Part shown: piece by piece, positions 14,860 to 24,593 of the stretch | Position numbering within the stretch: the first letter of the stretch is position 1 | Layout: the number at the start of each line of letters is the position of its first letter | UHGV virus genome: UHGV-0217794 | Source of the DNA: a virus | DNA: 27,591 bases | Reading direction: 5' to 3' (one strand) | Position numbers and translations under genes: made by a program | The notes under the pieces: model-generated | The model's database searches: none | What the model was told of the DNA's origin: nothing | Seen by the model: the letters and a program-made list of their open reading frames with translations, nothing else

Positions 14860-16367
14860 TGGCAATTCTTGATGATGTGATTGGCGTTTTTTCACCAGGA
14901 TGGAAAGCGGCAAGGCTGCGTTCCCGGGCGGTGATCCAGGCTTATGAGGCCGTAAAAACGACGCGGACACACAAAGCCCGGCGGGAAAACCGAACTGCCG
15001 ACCAGTTAAGCCTCTACGGGGCCGTGTCGTTACGTGAGCAGGCCCGTTACCTTGATAACAACCACGATCTGGTCATTGGTGTATTTGACAAGCTGGAAGA
15101 ACGGGTGGTGGGGAAAAACGGGATTATTGTCGAGCCACATCCGGTATTACGCAATGGGGCCATTGCCCGTGATCTGGCAGCGGAGATACGCACCCGATGG
15201 AGTGAATGGTCTGTCAGTCCGGAAGTTACCGGGCAGTTTACCCGTCCGATGCTGGAACGTCTGATGCTGCGTACCTGGCTGCGCGATGGTGAGGTGTTTG
15301 CCCAGATGGTTTCCGGGCGCATAAACAGCCTGACGCCTTCTGCCGGTGTTCATTTCTGGCTGGAGGCACTCGAGCCAGACTTTATTCCCATGACCAGTGA
15401 TGAGAGCAACAGGCTGAATCAGGGCGTGTTTGTTGATGACTGGGGGCGTCCCGAAAAATATCTGGTGTATAAAAGTCGTCCTGTATCCGGACGGCAGATG
15501 GAAACCAAAGAAGTGGATGCAGAGCGAATGCTGCATCTTAAATTTGTTCGCCGTCTGCACCAGATGCGCGGGACGTCTTTATTGTCCGGTGTGCTGATCC
15601 GCCTCAGTGCCCTGAAAGAATATGAAGATTCTGAGCTGACTGCAGCAAGGATCGCTGCTGCTCTGGGGATGTACATCCGCAAAGGCGACGGACAGAGCTA
15701 TGAAACGGATGGTAATGACAGCAAGGAGAATGAACGCGAGCTTACCATTCAGCCAGGCATTATTTACGACGATCTGAAACCCGGCGAAGAAATCGGAATG
15801 GTGAAGTCGGATCGCCCCAATCCTAACCTTGAAACTTTTCGTAATGGTCAGTTGCGTGCCGTGGCGGCGGGCAGTCGTCTGAGTTTTTCCAGTACAGCGC
15901 GCAACTATAACGGCACTTACAGCGCCCAGCGTCAGGAGCTGGTTGAATCCACTGATGGCTACCTGATCCTGCAGGACTGGTTTATTGGTGCCGTCACCCG
16001 CCCGATGTATCGTGCCTGGCTGAAACAGGCTGTGGCATCCGGTGTTATCAGGCTACCCCGCGATCTTGACCGTTCTTCACTGTATACCGCGGTGTATTCC
16101 GGACCGGTGATGCCGTGGATTGACCCTGTTAAGGAGGCTGAGGCCTGGAAAATTCAGATTCGTGGTGGAGCGGCGACAGAATCAGACTGGGTACGTGCAG
16201 GTGGTCGTAATCCGGATGATGTCAAACGTCGGCGCAAGGCAGAAATTGATGAAAACCGCAAGCTGGATCTGGTATTTGATACCGATCCGGCCAGTGATAA
16301 AGGAGGCAGCAGTGCCGCAACGAAACGACAGGAGCCGCAGCACACCGACGACCAGTCCGAAGAATAA
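14859..16367 (+). CDS. portal protein (lambda gpB-like)
   Basis: About 502 aa; ATG overlaps the W stop (TGATG); position between W and the prohead protease. Confidence 0.85.
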   Translation: MAILDDVIGVFSPGWKAARLRSRAVIQAYEAVKTTRTHKARRENRTADQLSLYGAVSLREQARYLDNNHDLVIGVFDKLEERVVGKNGIIVEPHPVLRNGAIARDLAAEIRTRWSEWSVSPEVTGQFTRPMLERLMLRTWLRDGEVFAQMVSGRINSLTPSAGVHFWLEALEPDFIPMTSDESNRLNQGVFVDDWGRPEKYLVYKSRPVSGRQMETKEVDAERMLHLKFVRRLHQMRGTSLLSGVLIRLSALKEYEDSELTAARIAAALGMYIRKGDGQSYETDGNDSKENERELTIQPGIIYDDLKPGEEIGMVKSDRPNPNLETFRNGQLRAVAAGSRLSFSSTARNYNGTYSAQRQELVESTDGYLILQDWFIGAVTRPMYRAWLKQAVASGVIRLPRDLDRSSLYTAVYSGPVMPWIDPVKEAEAWKIQIRGGAATESDWVRAGGRNPDDVKRRRKAEIDENRKLDLVFDTDPASDKGGSSAATKRQEPQHTDDQSEE

Positions 16368-16380
16368 TTCCTGGTTCAGG

Positions 16381-18339
16381 ATGCAGGCTGGTCACCAGAG
16401 TGACGCGGATATTTATATTTATGACGAGATTGGTTTCTGGGGTGTTACAGCGAAGCAGTTTATCAGTGATCTGAATGCACTGGGCGATATCACCCACATT
16501 AATCTCCATATCAATTCACCGGGTGGCGATGTCTTTGAAGGCATCGCCATTTTTAATGCGCTGAAAACACATGGTGCGTCCATTACCGTTTATGTCGACG
16601 GTGTGGCGGCGTCAATGGCGTCGGTCATTGCGATGGTGGGAAACCCGGTCATTATGCCGGAAAACACCTTCATGATGATTCATAAACCATTTGGCTTTAC
16701 GGGCGGTGATGCGGAGGACATGCGCACCTATGCCGACCTGCTCGATAAGGTTGAGGCGGTTCTGTTACCCGCTTATGCACAGAAAACCGGGAAAACCACC
16801 GATGAAATTGCTGCCATGCTGGCGGATGAGACCTGGATGTCCGGTGCCGAATGTCTGGCACATGGATTTGCTGATCAGGTGACGCCAGCCGTTAAGGCAA
16901 TGGCATGTATTCAGTCAAAACGTACAGAGGAATTTAAAAAGATGCCGGAATCCATTCGAAACATGATTACTCCGCCACGCAACAGTGCTCCACGCGTACA
17001 GGATGATGAACCTGCAGCCTCCCGGACGCCAGTGCAGGCAGCAGCACCCGTGGTGGATGAAAACAGTATCCGTGCGCAGGTACTGGCAGAGCAAAAAGCG
17101 CGTGTAAACGGTATTAATGATCTGTTTGCCATGTTTGGCGGGCGTTATCAGACGCTGCAGGCTCAGTGTCTTGCCGATCCTGAGTGTTCGCTGGAGCAGG
17201 CCCGCGAAAAGCTGTTGAACGAGATGGGGCGCGAGTCCACGCCATCCAATAAAAATACACCGGCTCATATTTATGCTGGTAACGGTAATTTTGTGGGGGA
17301 CGGGATCCGCCAGGCGCTGATGGCGCGTGCCGGATTTGAAAAAACCGAACGTGATAATGTCTACAACGGGATGACCCTGCGTGAATATGCCCGTATGTCA
17401 CTGACTGAACGGGGTATTGGGGTTTCCGGTTATAACCCGATGCAGATGGTCGGTGCGGCGTTCACCCACAGTACGTCTGACTTCGGTAATATTCTGCTGG
17501 ATGTTGCGAACAAAGCCATTCTGCAGGGCTGGGAAGATGCTCCTGAAACCTATGAACAATGGACGCGGAAAGGTCAGTTGTCTGATTTTAAAATTGCCCA
17601 TCGTGTGGGTATGGGGGGCTTCAGTGCTCTGCGTCAGGTGCGTGAAGGGGCGGAATATAAATACGTCACCACCGGAGATAAACAGGCCACTATTGCACTG
17701 GCGACCTATGGCGAGCTGTTCAGTATCACCCGTCAGGCCATTATCAATGATGATCTGAATATGCTGACCGATGTCCCGATGAAACTGGGCCGTGCGGCGA
17801 AATCCACTATTGCCGATCTGGTTTATGCCATTCTGACGTCTAACCCGAAAATCTCCACAGATAATGTAAGTCTGTTCGATAAAGCGAAACATGCAAACGT
17901 ACTGGAGAGCGCTGCAATGGACGTGGCATCGCTGGATAAAGCCCGCCAGTTGATGCGCGTTCAGAAAGAGGGGGAGCGTCATCTGAATATTCGTCCTGCG
18001 TTCGTACTGGTACCGACGGCGATGGAGTCTGTTGCTAACCAGGTCATTCGCTCCTCAAGTGTCAAGGGGGCTGACATTAACGCCGGTATTATTAACCCGG
18101 TGAAAGATTTTGCGACCGTTATTGCAGAGCCTCGTCTTGATGATAACAGCCAGACCACCTTCTACCTGGCTGCGTCAAAAGGCTCCGATACGATTGAAGT
18201 GGCTTATCTCAACGGTGTGGATACGCCATATATTGATCAGATGGAGGGCTTCAGTGTGGATGGCGTGACAACGAAAGTGCGTATTGACGCCGGTGTCGCG
18301 CCAGTTGATCACCGCGGTCTGGTGAAATGTACGGCGTAA
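16381..18339 (+). CDS. prohead protease (ClpP/S14-like) - scaffold-like linker - major capsid protein, single fused ORF (652 aa)
   Basis: N-terminus has ClpP-type motifs (YDEIGFWGV ... INSPGGDV ... VAASMASVIAM); central coiled-coil-like segment; C-terminal about 350 aa capsid-like; no in-frame stop between domains. Confidence 0.75.
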   Translation: MQAGHQSDADIYIYDEIGFWGVTAKQFISDLNALGDITHINLHINSPGGDVFEGIAIFNALKTHGASITVYVDGVAASMASVIAMVGNPVIMPENTFMMIHKPFGFTGGDAEDMRTYADLLDKVEAVLLPAYAQKTGKTTDEIAAMLADETWMSGAECLAHGFADQVTPAVKAMACIQSKRTEEFKKMPESIRNMITPPRNSAPRVQDDEPAASRTPVQAAAPVVDENSIRAQVLAEQKARVNGINDLFAMFGGRYQTLQAQCLADPECSLEQAREKLLNEMGRESTPSNKNTPAHIYAGNGNFVGDGIRQALMARAGFEKTERDNVYNGMTLREYARMSLTERGIGVSGYNPMQMVGAAFTHSTSDFGNILLDVANKAILQGWEDAPETYEQWTRKGQLSDFKIAHRVGMGGFSALRQVREGAEYKYVTTGDKQATIALATYGELFSITRQAIINDDLNMLTDVPMKLGRAAKSTIADLVYAILTSNPKISTDNVSLFDKAKHANVLESAAMDVASLDKARQLMRVQKEGERHLNIRPAFVLVPTAMESVANQVIRSSSVKGADINAGIINPVKDFATVIAEPRLDDNSQTTFYLAASKGSDTIEVAYLNGVDTPYIDQMEGFSVDGVTTKVRIDAGVAPVDHRGLVKCTA

Positions 18340-18362
18340 ACGTCGCAGACAACAACTCTGAT

Positions 18363-18382
18363 GGCCCGTAAGGGCTTTTTTT
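18363..18382 (+). terminator. short GC hairpin plus T7 after the capsid gene (attenuator-type terminator)
   Basis: GGCCC-GTAA-GGGC followed by TTTTTTT, 24 nt after the capsid stop; a second 7-bp hairpin (CAGCCCC/GGGGCTG) follows at 18394-18412. Confidence 0.45.
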
Positions 18383-18425
18383 GTACCTGAAATCAGCCCC
18401 TGAACGGGGCTGTGCGGAGACAGTT

Positions 18426-18749
18426 ATGGCAAAGAATTTTGTAGAAGAAGGAAAAACGGTGGCGATTGTTGCCAGTGCAGCCATCAGCAGCGGAGAGCTG
18501 GTGCAGGTGGGTGATGTTTTTGCGGTGGCGCTGACCGATATTCCACAGGGTGAAACAGGCGACGGCATGACCGAAGGTGTGTTTATGCTGCCTAAGCTGA
18601 AAACGGATGACATGAAAACGGGTAAGAAGGTTTATCTGAAGTCCGGAAAAGTTCAGCTGACTAACAGCGGCTCTGATCCGCTGGTCGGGGTTGTCTGGGC
18701 AGATGCCGGAACCAGTGCAGAAGAAGTGCCGGTAAAACTCAATGTCTGA
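18426..18749 (+). CDS. small head protein (decoration/DUF2190-like, about 107 aa)
   Basis: ATG 18426 with GGAGA RBS; small Gly/Val-rich protein directly after the capsid gene; family assignment tentative. Confidence 0.55.
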   Translation: MAKNFVEEGKTVAIVASAAISSGELVQVGDVFAVALTDIPQGETGDGMTEGVFMLPKLKTDDMKTGKKVYLKSGKVQLTNSGSDPLVGVVWADAGTSAEEVPVKLNV

Positions 18750-19017
18750 TCCCTTTTCCCGGCTGGCAGCGCGTATGGATGCGATCACGGTCAGAAAGAT
18801 GGGAAAGACAGCCTCGATTAATGATGTCGATATGACTGTGATCCCGGGAGAAACACTGGCAGAGCTGAATGCTCTGTCCGGACCTGCGGTCTCTCTGGTG
18901 GTGTTTTCTTCGGGATACCGCCCACGGCGCGGGGATCGCGTTGTTTATGACGGACAACAATGGACGGTCACACGGCATGAACGCTTTAACGGTAAGCCAA
19001 TGATCTTTATTGAGTAA
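18742..19017 (+). CDS. head-tail connector, lambda gpFII-like
   Basis: C-terminal RRGDRVVYDGQQWTVTRHE resembles the lambda FII RRGDTLTIGEENFWVDR region; position between head and tail genes. Confidence 0.6.
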   Translation: MSDPFSRLAARMDAITVRKMGKTASINDVDMTVIPGETLAELNALSGPAVSLVVFSSGYRPRRGDRVVYDGQQWTVTRHERFNGKPMIFIE

Positions 19018-19028
19018 AGAGGTGTGGG

Positions 19029-19619
19029 ATGAAGGGGCTTGAGAATGCCATCCGCAATCTGAACAGCCTTGATACCCGTATGGTGCCACAGGCCAGCGCA
19101 TGGGCGATAAACCGTGTGGCACAGAAAGCGGTCTCGGTTGCCACCCGGCAGGTTGCCGGGAATACCGTTGCGGGAGATAACCAGGTGAAAGGGATCCCCC
19201 TGAAACTGGTACGTCAGCGTGTCCGGGTGTTTAAAGCCAGTCCGTCAGGAAAAATGACGGCCAGGATCCGCGTTAACCGGGGCAATCTGCCCGCCATCAA
19301 ACTGAACACAACACGGCGGCGTGCTGGTGAAGGACTGAGAGTGGGAAAATACTTTTTCCGGGGGGCATTTGTTCAGCAACTGGCGAATGGCCGCTGGCAT
19401 GTTCTGAGGCGTCTTCCTGAAGCGCGTTTTGCAACAGGGCATGACCATCAGGGCAGGCCAAGAAAAAATCGTCTTCCTGTGGAGGTAGTGAAAATCCCGC
19501 TGTCCGGACCGCTGACACAGGCATTTGAAGATGCCCGCAACCACATCATTGCTGCGGAAATGCCGAAACAGCTGGGGTATGCACTGAAACAACAACTGAG
19601 GTTATGGCTGACCCGATGA
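19029..19619 (+). CDS. minor tail protein Z (lambda gpZ-like)
   Basis: MKGLENAIRNL ... GAFVQQLANGRWHV ... LGYALKQQLRLWLTR parallels lambda Z (AIKGLEQAVENL ... GAFIQQLKNGRWHV ... LGYALQHQLRMVIKR). Confidence 0.9.
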   Translation: MKGLENAIRNLNSLDTRMVPQASAWAINRVAQKAVSVATRQVAGNTVAGDNQVKGIPLKLVRQRVRVFKASPSGKMTARIRVNRGNLPAIKLNTTRRRAGEGLRVGKYFFRGAFVQQLANGRWHVLRRLPEARFATGHDHQGRPRKNRLPVEVVKIPLSGPLTQAFEDARNHIIAAEMPKQLGYALKQQLRLWLTR

Positions 19620-20017
19620 ACCGACATACACAAATCCGCCAGGTCGTACTGGCACGCCTTCGGGAACAGTGTGGAGACAGCGCCACGTTTTTTGACGGGC
19701 TTCCGGCATTTATTGATGCGCAGGAACTGCCTGCCGTGGCGGTGTGGCTGAGTGATGCTCAGTACACCGGAAAAATGACGGATGAAGATGACTGGCAGGC
19801 TGTTCTGCATATTGCCGTCTTCATCCGGGCACAGGCACCGGATTCAGAGCTGGATATGTGGATGGAGAGCACCATTTTCCCGGCCCTGAATGATGTACCG
19901 GCATTTTCCGGACTCATCGACACCCTGAACCCACTCGGTTTTAACTATCAACGTGATAATGAGATGGCCACCTGGGCGATGGCGGAAATCACGTACCAGA
20001 TCACGTACACGAATTAA
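19616..20017 (+). CDS. minor tail protein U (lambda gpU-like)
   Basis: ATFFDGLPAFIDAQELPAVAVWLSDAQYTG ... PDSELDMWMES parallels lambda U (ATFFDGRPAVFDEADFPAVAVYLTGAEYTG ... PDSELDAWMES); ATGA overlap with Z. Confidence 0.9.
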   Translation: MNRHTQIRQVVLARLREQCGDSATFFDGLPAFIDAQELPAVAVWLSDAQYTGKMTDEDDWQAVLHIAVFIRAQAPDSELDMWMESTIFPALNDVPAFSGLIDTLNPLGFNYQRDNEMATWAMAEITYQITYTN

Positions 20018-20027
20018 GGAGGTGGTA

Positions 20028-20771
20028 ATGACCACACCAAATCCACTGGCAAAGACGAAAGGTGCGGGGACGACGTTCTGGATGTATACCGGCAACGGCG
20101 ATGCGTTTGCGAACCCTTTGTCGGACACTGACTGGCTGCGTCTTGCGATGGTGAAGGATCTGCAACCTGGCGAAATGACCGCTGATGCAGAAGATGACAC
20201 TTATCTCGATGATGAAGATGCAGACTGGAAAACGACAACCCAGGGGCAGAAATCCGTTGGTGATACTTCGGCGACGCTGGCCTGGCGTCCGGGTGACAGC
20301 GGGCAGAAAAAACTGGTTCAGTTGTTCGACTCCGGTGAAGTCTGCGCGTTTCGTATCAAATATCCCAACGGCACTGTTGATGTTTTCCGTGGCTGGCTGA
20401 GCTCACTGGGTAAAACCATTGCCTCAAAAGACGTGATGACCCGCACTGTGAAAATCAGCGGTGTGGGGCGTCCGTATCTGGCAGAGGAAGGCACTGAAAC
20501 CGTGAGCGTTACCGGGCTGACAGTATCACCGGCGTCTGCCAATGTAAAAGTGGGAGCAACCACCACGCTGACCTTTACAGTAAAACCTGACGGAGCCAGT
20601 GACAAAGCGATCAGTGTGCATTCGTCAGATCCACAGACTGCCACGGTTACCCTGAACGGACTTGTGGCCACGGTAAAAGGCGTGAAGCAGGGCAGTGTCA
20701 GCATTGTGGGCATGACCGCTGACGGGAATTTTGTGGCTGTGACTGCGGTGACTGTCAGCGCAGCAGGTTAA
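20028..20771 (+). CDS. major tail protein V (lambda gpV-like, C-terminal Ig-like domain)
   Basis: KGAGTTFWMYTGNGDAFANPLSD ... YLDDEDADW ... NGTVDVFRGW conserved relative to lambda V; GGAGGTGG RBS. Confidence 0.9.
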   Translation: MTTPNPLAKTKGAGTTFWMYTGNGDAFANPLSDTDWLRLAMVKDLQPGEMTADAEDDTYLDDEDADWKTTTQGQKSVGDTSATLAWRPGDSGQKKLVQLFDSGEVCAFRIKYPNGTVDVFRGWLSSLGKTIASKDVMTRTVKISGVGRPYLAEEGTETVSVTGLTVSPASANVKVGATTTLTFTVKPDGASDKAISVHSSDPQTATVTLNGLVATVKGVKQGSVSIVGMTADGNFVAVTAVTVSAAG

Positions 20772-20791
20772 CAGGACGATACTCATCATTT

Positions 20792-20815
20792 GCCCCGGTT
20801 ATGCGGGGCTTTTTT
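20792..20815 (+). terminator. intrinsic terminator/attenuator after the major tail gene (stem GCCCCG/CGGGGC, T6)
   Basis: 6-bp GC stem plus TTTTTT, 14 nt before the G start codon. Confidence 0.5.
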
Positions 20816-20828
20816 GCAGGTGGAGAAC

Positions 20829-21218
20829 ATGATGTTTCTGAAACAGGACACGTTTAATTATGAAAAACAGTCCGTGGTGCTCAGTGAGCTGTCCGGGCTG
20901 CAGAGAATTGAATATCTGACGTTTGTTCAGCAGCGAACGGCAAAGTTTGATGCCGTGGAGGGAGAACTGCCGGAGGCTGAACGACAGATTGCTTTTCTGC
21001 GGATGGGGATGGATATCAATGCCTGGCTGGTTTCCCGCTCACTGTGGAATGCGGATCAGTCTAAGGATGTAGAGACGCTTTGCGCATCCGTTATTACAAC
21101 ATGGTCGTATGATGCCCTGGGTGCGGGGGCGGAGATGGTTCTGTCGCTGAGCGGTATGGGGGCCATTGATAATGCCGTGGATGATGAGCATGAGGCGCTG
21201 ACGCCGGAAAAGTCCTGA
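20829..21218 (+). CDS. tail assembly chaperone G (lambda gpG-like)
   Basis: MMFLKQDTFNYEKQSVVLSELSGLQRIEYL parallels lambda G (MFLKTESFEHNGVTVTLSELSALQRIEHL); start may be ATG 20829 or 20832. Confidence 0.85.
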   Translation: MMFLKQDTFNYEKQSVVLSELSGLQRIEYLTFVQQRTAKFDAVEGELPEAERQIAFLRMGMDINAWLVSRSLWNADQSKDVETLCASVITTWSYDALGAGAEMVLSLSGMGAIDNAVDDEHEALTPEKS

Positions 21219-21556
21219 CGCGGGAAATGCAGTTTGTCATGCGGCTTGCCCGGGAGTTCCGGCGGGCAGACTGGCGGCGGATGCTGTCGGAAATGTCGGC
21301 CACTGAGCTTGGTGAGTGGGGCGATTATTTCCGGATGCAGAGCTTCAGTGATGTGTGGATGGATGCGCAGTTTGCCTCGCTGAAGGCATTGATCGTGAGA
21401 ATGGTGTCCGGCAGCAGTGATGCTGCGGTGGCTGATTTCAGCCTTTTACCGGAAGAGAACGGGATACCGGAGCGAACGGACGAAGAACTGATGCATCTTG
21501 GGGAAGGTATTTCCGGAGGTGTGCGTTATGGACCAGATAGCCAACCTGGTCATTGA
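21194..21556 (+). CDS. tail assembly chaperone T segment, expressed as G-T fusion by programmed -1 frameshift near the end of G
   Basis: The -1 frame relative to G opens at 21194 (stops at 21167, 21170, 21182, 21185 and 21191 close it upstream) and overlaps only the last 7 codons of G; a conserved G/T arrangement in lambdoid tail gene clusters. Confidence 0.7.
   Translation, partial: GADAGKVLTREMQFVMRLAREFRRADWRRMLSEMSATELGEWGDYFRMQSFSDVWMDAQFASLKALIVRMVSGSSDAAVADFSLLPEENGIPERTDEELMHLGEGISGGVRYGPDSQPGH
21206..21212 (+). other. putative -1 frameshift slippery site G-GAA-AAG
   Basis: The only place the shift can occur is 21194-21215; this heptamer is lambda's G-GGA-AAG with one substitution. 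Confidence 0.4.
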
Positions 21557-24500
21557 TTTGGGGATTGATGCGGCAGAGTTTAAAAATGAAATTCCCCGTA
21601 TCAAAAACCTTCTGAATGGTGCAGCCAGCGATGCAGAACGGTCTTCTGCCCGTATGCAGCGTTTTATGGAGCGTCAGACTCAGGCCGCCCGGCAGACAAC
21701 GCAGGCAGCTTCTTCGGCTGCAACAGCCGCATCCGTCCATGCGCAGACGGTGGAGAAGAACGCACAGGCTCATGAACGCATGGCCCGCGAGGTGGAGAAA
21801 ACCCGCCAGCGCATGGAGGCACTGAGCCAGAAAATGCGCGAGGAACAGGCGCAGGCCATCGCTCTGGCGGAGGCTCAGGATAAAGCGGCTGCTGCGTTTT
21901 ATCGTCAGATTGACAGTGTGAAACAGGCCAGTGCGGGGCTGCAGGAATTACAGCGTATTCAGCAGCAGATCCGACAGGCCAGAAACAGTGGCGGGATTGG
22001 TCAGCAGGATTATCTGGCGCTGATTTCTGAGGTTACGGCGAAAACCCGTGTTCTTACGCAGGCTGAGGCAGAGGCTACCCGACAGAAAGTGGCGTTTATC
22101 CGTCAGCTTAAAGAGCAGGCAACCCGCCAGAATCTTTCTTCTTCTGAGTTGCTTCGTGCCAGGGCTGCCCAGCTGGGGGTAAGCAGTGCTGCAGAAGTGT
22201 ATATCCGCAAAATGGAGCGGGCAGGAAAAGCCACGCATTCGCTGGGTCTGAAAAGTGCAGCGGCCCGCCAGGAGATAGGCGTTCTGATAGGTGAACTGGC
22301 CCGCGGCAATTTAGGGGCGCTGAGGGGATCCGGGATAACGCTGGCTAACCGTGCCGGATGGATAGACACACTGATGTCACCGAAAGGCATGATGCTGGGC
22401 GGGGTTATTGGCGGTATTACCGCGGCCGTCTATGGTCTGGGTAAAGCCTGGTATGACGGTCAGAAGGAGGGGGAAGAATTTAACCGCCAGCTGTCGCTGA
22501 CGGGGCATTATGCCGGAGTCACTGCCGGGCAGCTGTGGACGCTCAGTCGTGCTATTTCCGGGAATGGTATCACGCAACATGCTGCAGCCGGTGCGCTGGC
22601 TCAGGTGGTGGGGAGTGGTGCATTTCGTGGAAACGATATCGGTATGGTGGCGAGAGCTGCCGCACAGATGGAGCGATCGGTTGGCCAGTCGGTCAGCGAT
22701 ACCATAAATCAGTTTAAGCGGCTGAAGGATGATCCTGTAAATGCCGCGAAGTCTCTGGACAATGAGCTGCATTTTCTTACTGCCACTCAGCTTGAGCAGA
22801 TACGCGTCCTTGGAGAGCAGGGGCGGTCCAGTGATGCGGCACGGATAGCCATGTCTGCACTGGCAGAGGAAACCGGTCGGCGTACTGCGGATATTGATAA
22901 TAACCTCAATGCGCTGGGCAGTACGCTGCAAACTTTGTCTGACTGGTGGAAGCAGTTCTGGGATGCGGCCATGAATATTGGTCGTGAAGATTCGCTGGAT
23001 GCGCAGATTGCCACTTTGCAGGAGAAAGTGTCGCGGGCGAAAAGACTCCCCTGGACGGCATCATCTTCTCAGGTTGAATACGATCAGCAGCGTCTTAACG
23101 ATCTTCAGGAGAAAAAACGCCAGAAGGATTTGCAGGATGCAAAAGAGCAGGCAGAGCGGAATTATCAGGAGCAACAGAAACGCCGTAATGCTGAAAATGC
23201 TGCACTGAACCGGATGAATGAAACGGAAGCTGCACGACATCAGCGTGAAATTGCGCGTATTAATGCCATGCAGTACGCCGATCAGGCTGTCAGGGATGCG
23301 GCGATACAACGTGAAAATGAACGTTACGAGAAAGCCCTGGCATCCGGTAAGAAAAAAACACGCGAAACCCGTAATGATGAGGCCACCCGGTTATTGCTGC
23401 AGTACAGTCAGCAACAGGCACAGGTGGAAGGACAGATTGCTGCTGCCAGACAGTCAGCAGGCATTGCCACGGAAAGGATGACAGAAGCGCATAAACAGCT
23501 CCTGGCTCTGCAGCAGCGCATCAGCGACCTGGACGGGAAAAAACTGACGGCAGATGAAAAGAGTGTGCTGGCCCGTAAAGATGAACTGATTCAGGCACTG
23601 ACGCTGCTGGATGTAAAACAGCAGGAGCTTCAGAAACAGACGGCACTCAACGAGCTGAAGAAAAAAACAATTCAGCTGACCAGTCAACTGGCTGAAGAAG
23701 AGCGCGCTCAGCGTCAGCAACATGACCTGGATATCGCCACGGTGGGTATGGGTGATCAGCAGCGACAGCGATATCAGGTACAACTGAGTCTTCGCCAGAA
23801 ATACCAGCAACAGCTGGAGCAGTTGAGGCGGGATAGTGAGCAGAAAGGGACATATAACACGGATGACTACAGAAAGGCCGAGCAGGCGCTGACGGAGAGC
23901 CTGAACCGACAACTGAATGAGAATCGCCGTTACTGGCAACAGCTTGAAGTTGTGCAGGGTAACTGGAAAAACGGAGTCCTGCGTGCATTTCAGGATTTTA
24001 CCGTGGATGCAGATAATACGGCAGAAACAGCAGAACAGGTGTTCTCGTCAGCCTTCAGCAACATGGGAAATGGCCTGGCAACTTTTGTCACTACCGGCAA
24101 ACTCAATTTCAAATCCTTCACCTCTTCTGTGCTGTCAGATATGGCGAAAATCCTGGCGCAGGCAACCATGATGAAATCGATAAAAGGGATTGGCAGTGTA
24201 CTGGGATTTGATCTCAGCAGCCTTTCCCTGAATGCCAATGGGGGGATTTATCAGTCTGCTGATTTGAGTCGTTACAGTGGCACGGTGGTTAACCGTCCGA
24301 CGTTTTTTGCTTTTGCAAAAGGCGCGGGTGTGATGGGGGAAGCGGGACCTGAAGCCATTCTGCCATTGCGTCGTGGTGCTGACGGTAAGCTGGGGGTTGT
24401 GGCGGATATTGGGGGTTCAGGTATGGCGATGTTTTCCCCGCAGTACAACATCGAGATCAATAACGATGGCACGAACGGGCAGATAGGTCCGGCTGCCCTG

Positions 24501-24593
24501 AAGGTGGTTTATGACCTTGGGAAAAAAGCGGCAGCGGACTTTATGCAACAGCAGGCCCGTGATGGTGGTCGGTTAAGTGGAGCATATCGGTAA
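21528..24593 (+). CDS. tail tape measure protein (lambda gpH-like)
   Basis: About 1021-aa protein, long Ala/Gln/Arg-rich coiled-coil regions, position between G-T and M; GGAGG RBS. Confidence 0.9.
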   Translation: MDQIANLVIDLGIDAAEFKNEIPRIKNLLNGAASDAERSSARMQRFMERQTQAARQTTQAASSAATAASVHAQTVEKNAQAHERMAREVEKTRQRMEALSQKMREEQAQAIALAEAQDKAAAAFYRQIDSVKQASAGLQELQRIQQQIRQARNSGGIGQQDYLALISEVTAKTRVLTQAEAEATRQKVAFIRQLKEQATRQNLSSSELLRARAAQLGVSSAAEVYIRKMERAGKATHSLGLKSAAARQEIGVLIGELARGNLGALRGSGITLANRAGWIDTLMSPKGMMLGGVIGGITAAVYGLGKAWYDGQKEGEEFNRQLSLTGHYAGVTAGQLWTLSRAISGNGITQHAAAGALAQVVGSGAFRGNDIGMVARAAAQMERSVGQSVSDTINQFKRLKDDPVNAAKSLDNELHFLTATQLEQIRVLGEQGRSSDAARIAMSALAEETGRRTADIDNNLNALGSTLQTLSDWWKQFWDAAMNIGREDSLDAQIATLQEKVSRAKRLPWTASSSQVEYDQQRLNDLQEKKRQKDLQDAKEQAERNYQEQQKRRNAENAALNRMNETEAARHQREIARINAMQYADQAVRDAAIQRENERYEKALASGKKKTRETRNDEATRLLLQYSQQQAQVEGQIAAARQSAGIATERMTEAHKQLLALQQRISDLDGKKLTADEKSVLARKDELIQALTLLDVKQQELQKQTALNELKKKTIQLTSQLAEEERAQRQQHDLDIATVGMGDQQRQRYQVQLSLRQKYQQQLEQLRRDSEQKGTYNTDDYRKAEQALTESLNRQLNENRRYWQQLEVVQGNWKNGVLRAFQDFTVDADNTAETAEQVFSSAFSNMGNGLATFVTTGKLNFKSFTSSVLSDMAKILAQATMMKSIKGIGSVLGFDLSSLSLNANGGIYQSADLSRYSGTVVNRPTFFAFAKGAGVMGEAGPEAILPLRRGADGKLGVVADIGGSGMAMFSPQYNIEINNDGTNGQIGPAALKVVYDLGKKAAADFMQQQARDGGRLSGAYR

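Noticed and set aside
14787-18613. Reverse-strand and alternative-frame ORFs inside portal and capsid genes (for example 15147-15560, 17398-17982, 18251-18613)
   Set aside because: They overlap strongly supported structural genes on the opposite strand or in another frame and have no start-site support; treated as shadow ORFs.
21948-24472. Multiple reverse-strand ORFs of 66-184 aa inside the tape-measure gene (for example 22377-22931 and 23454-23939)
   Set aside because: They sit antisense within a long, repeat-rich coiled-coil coding region, which routinely generates long spurious open frames; no RBS or independent support.
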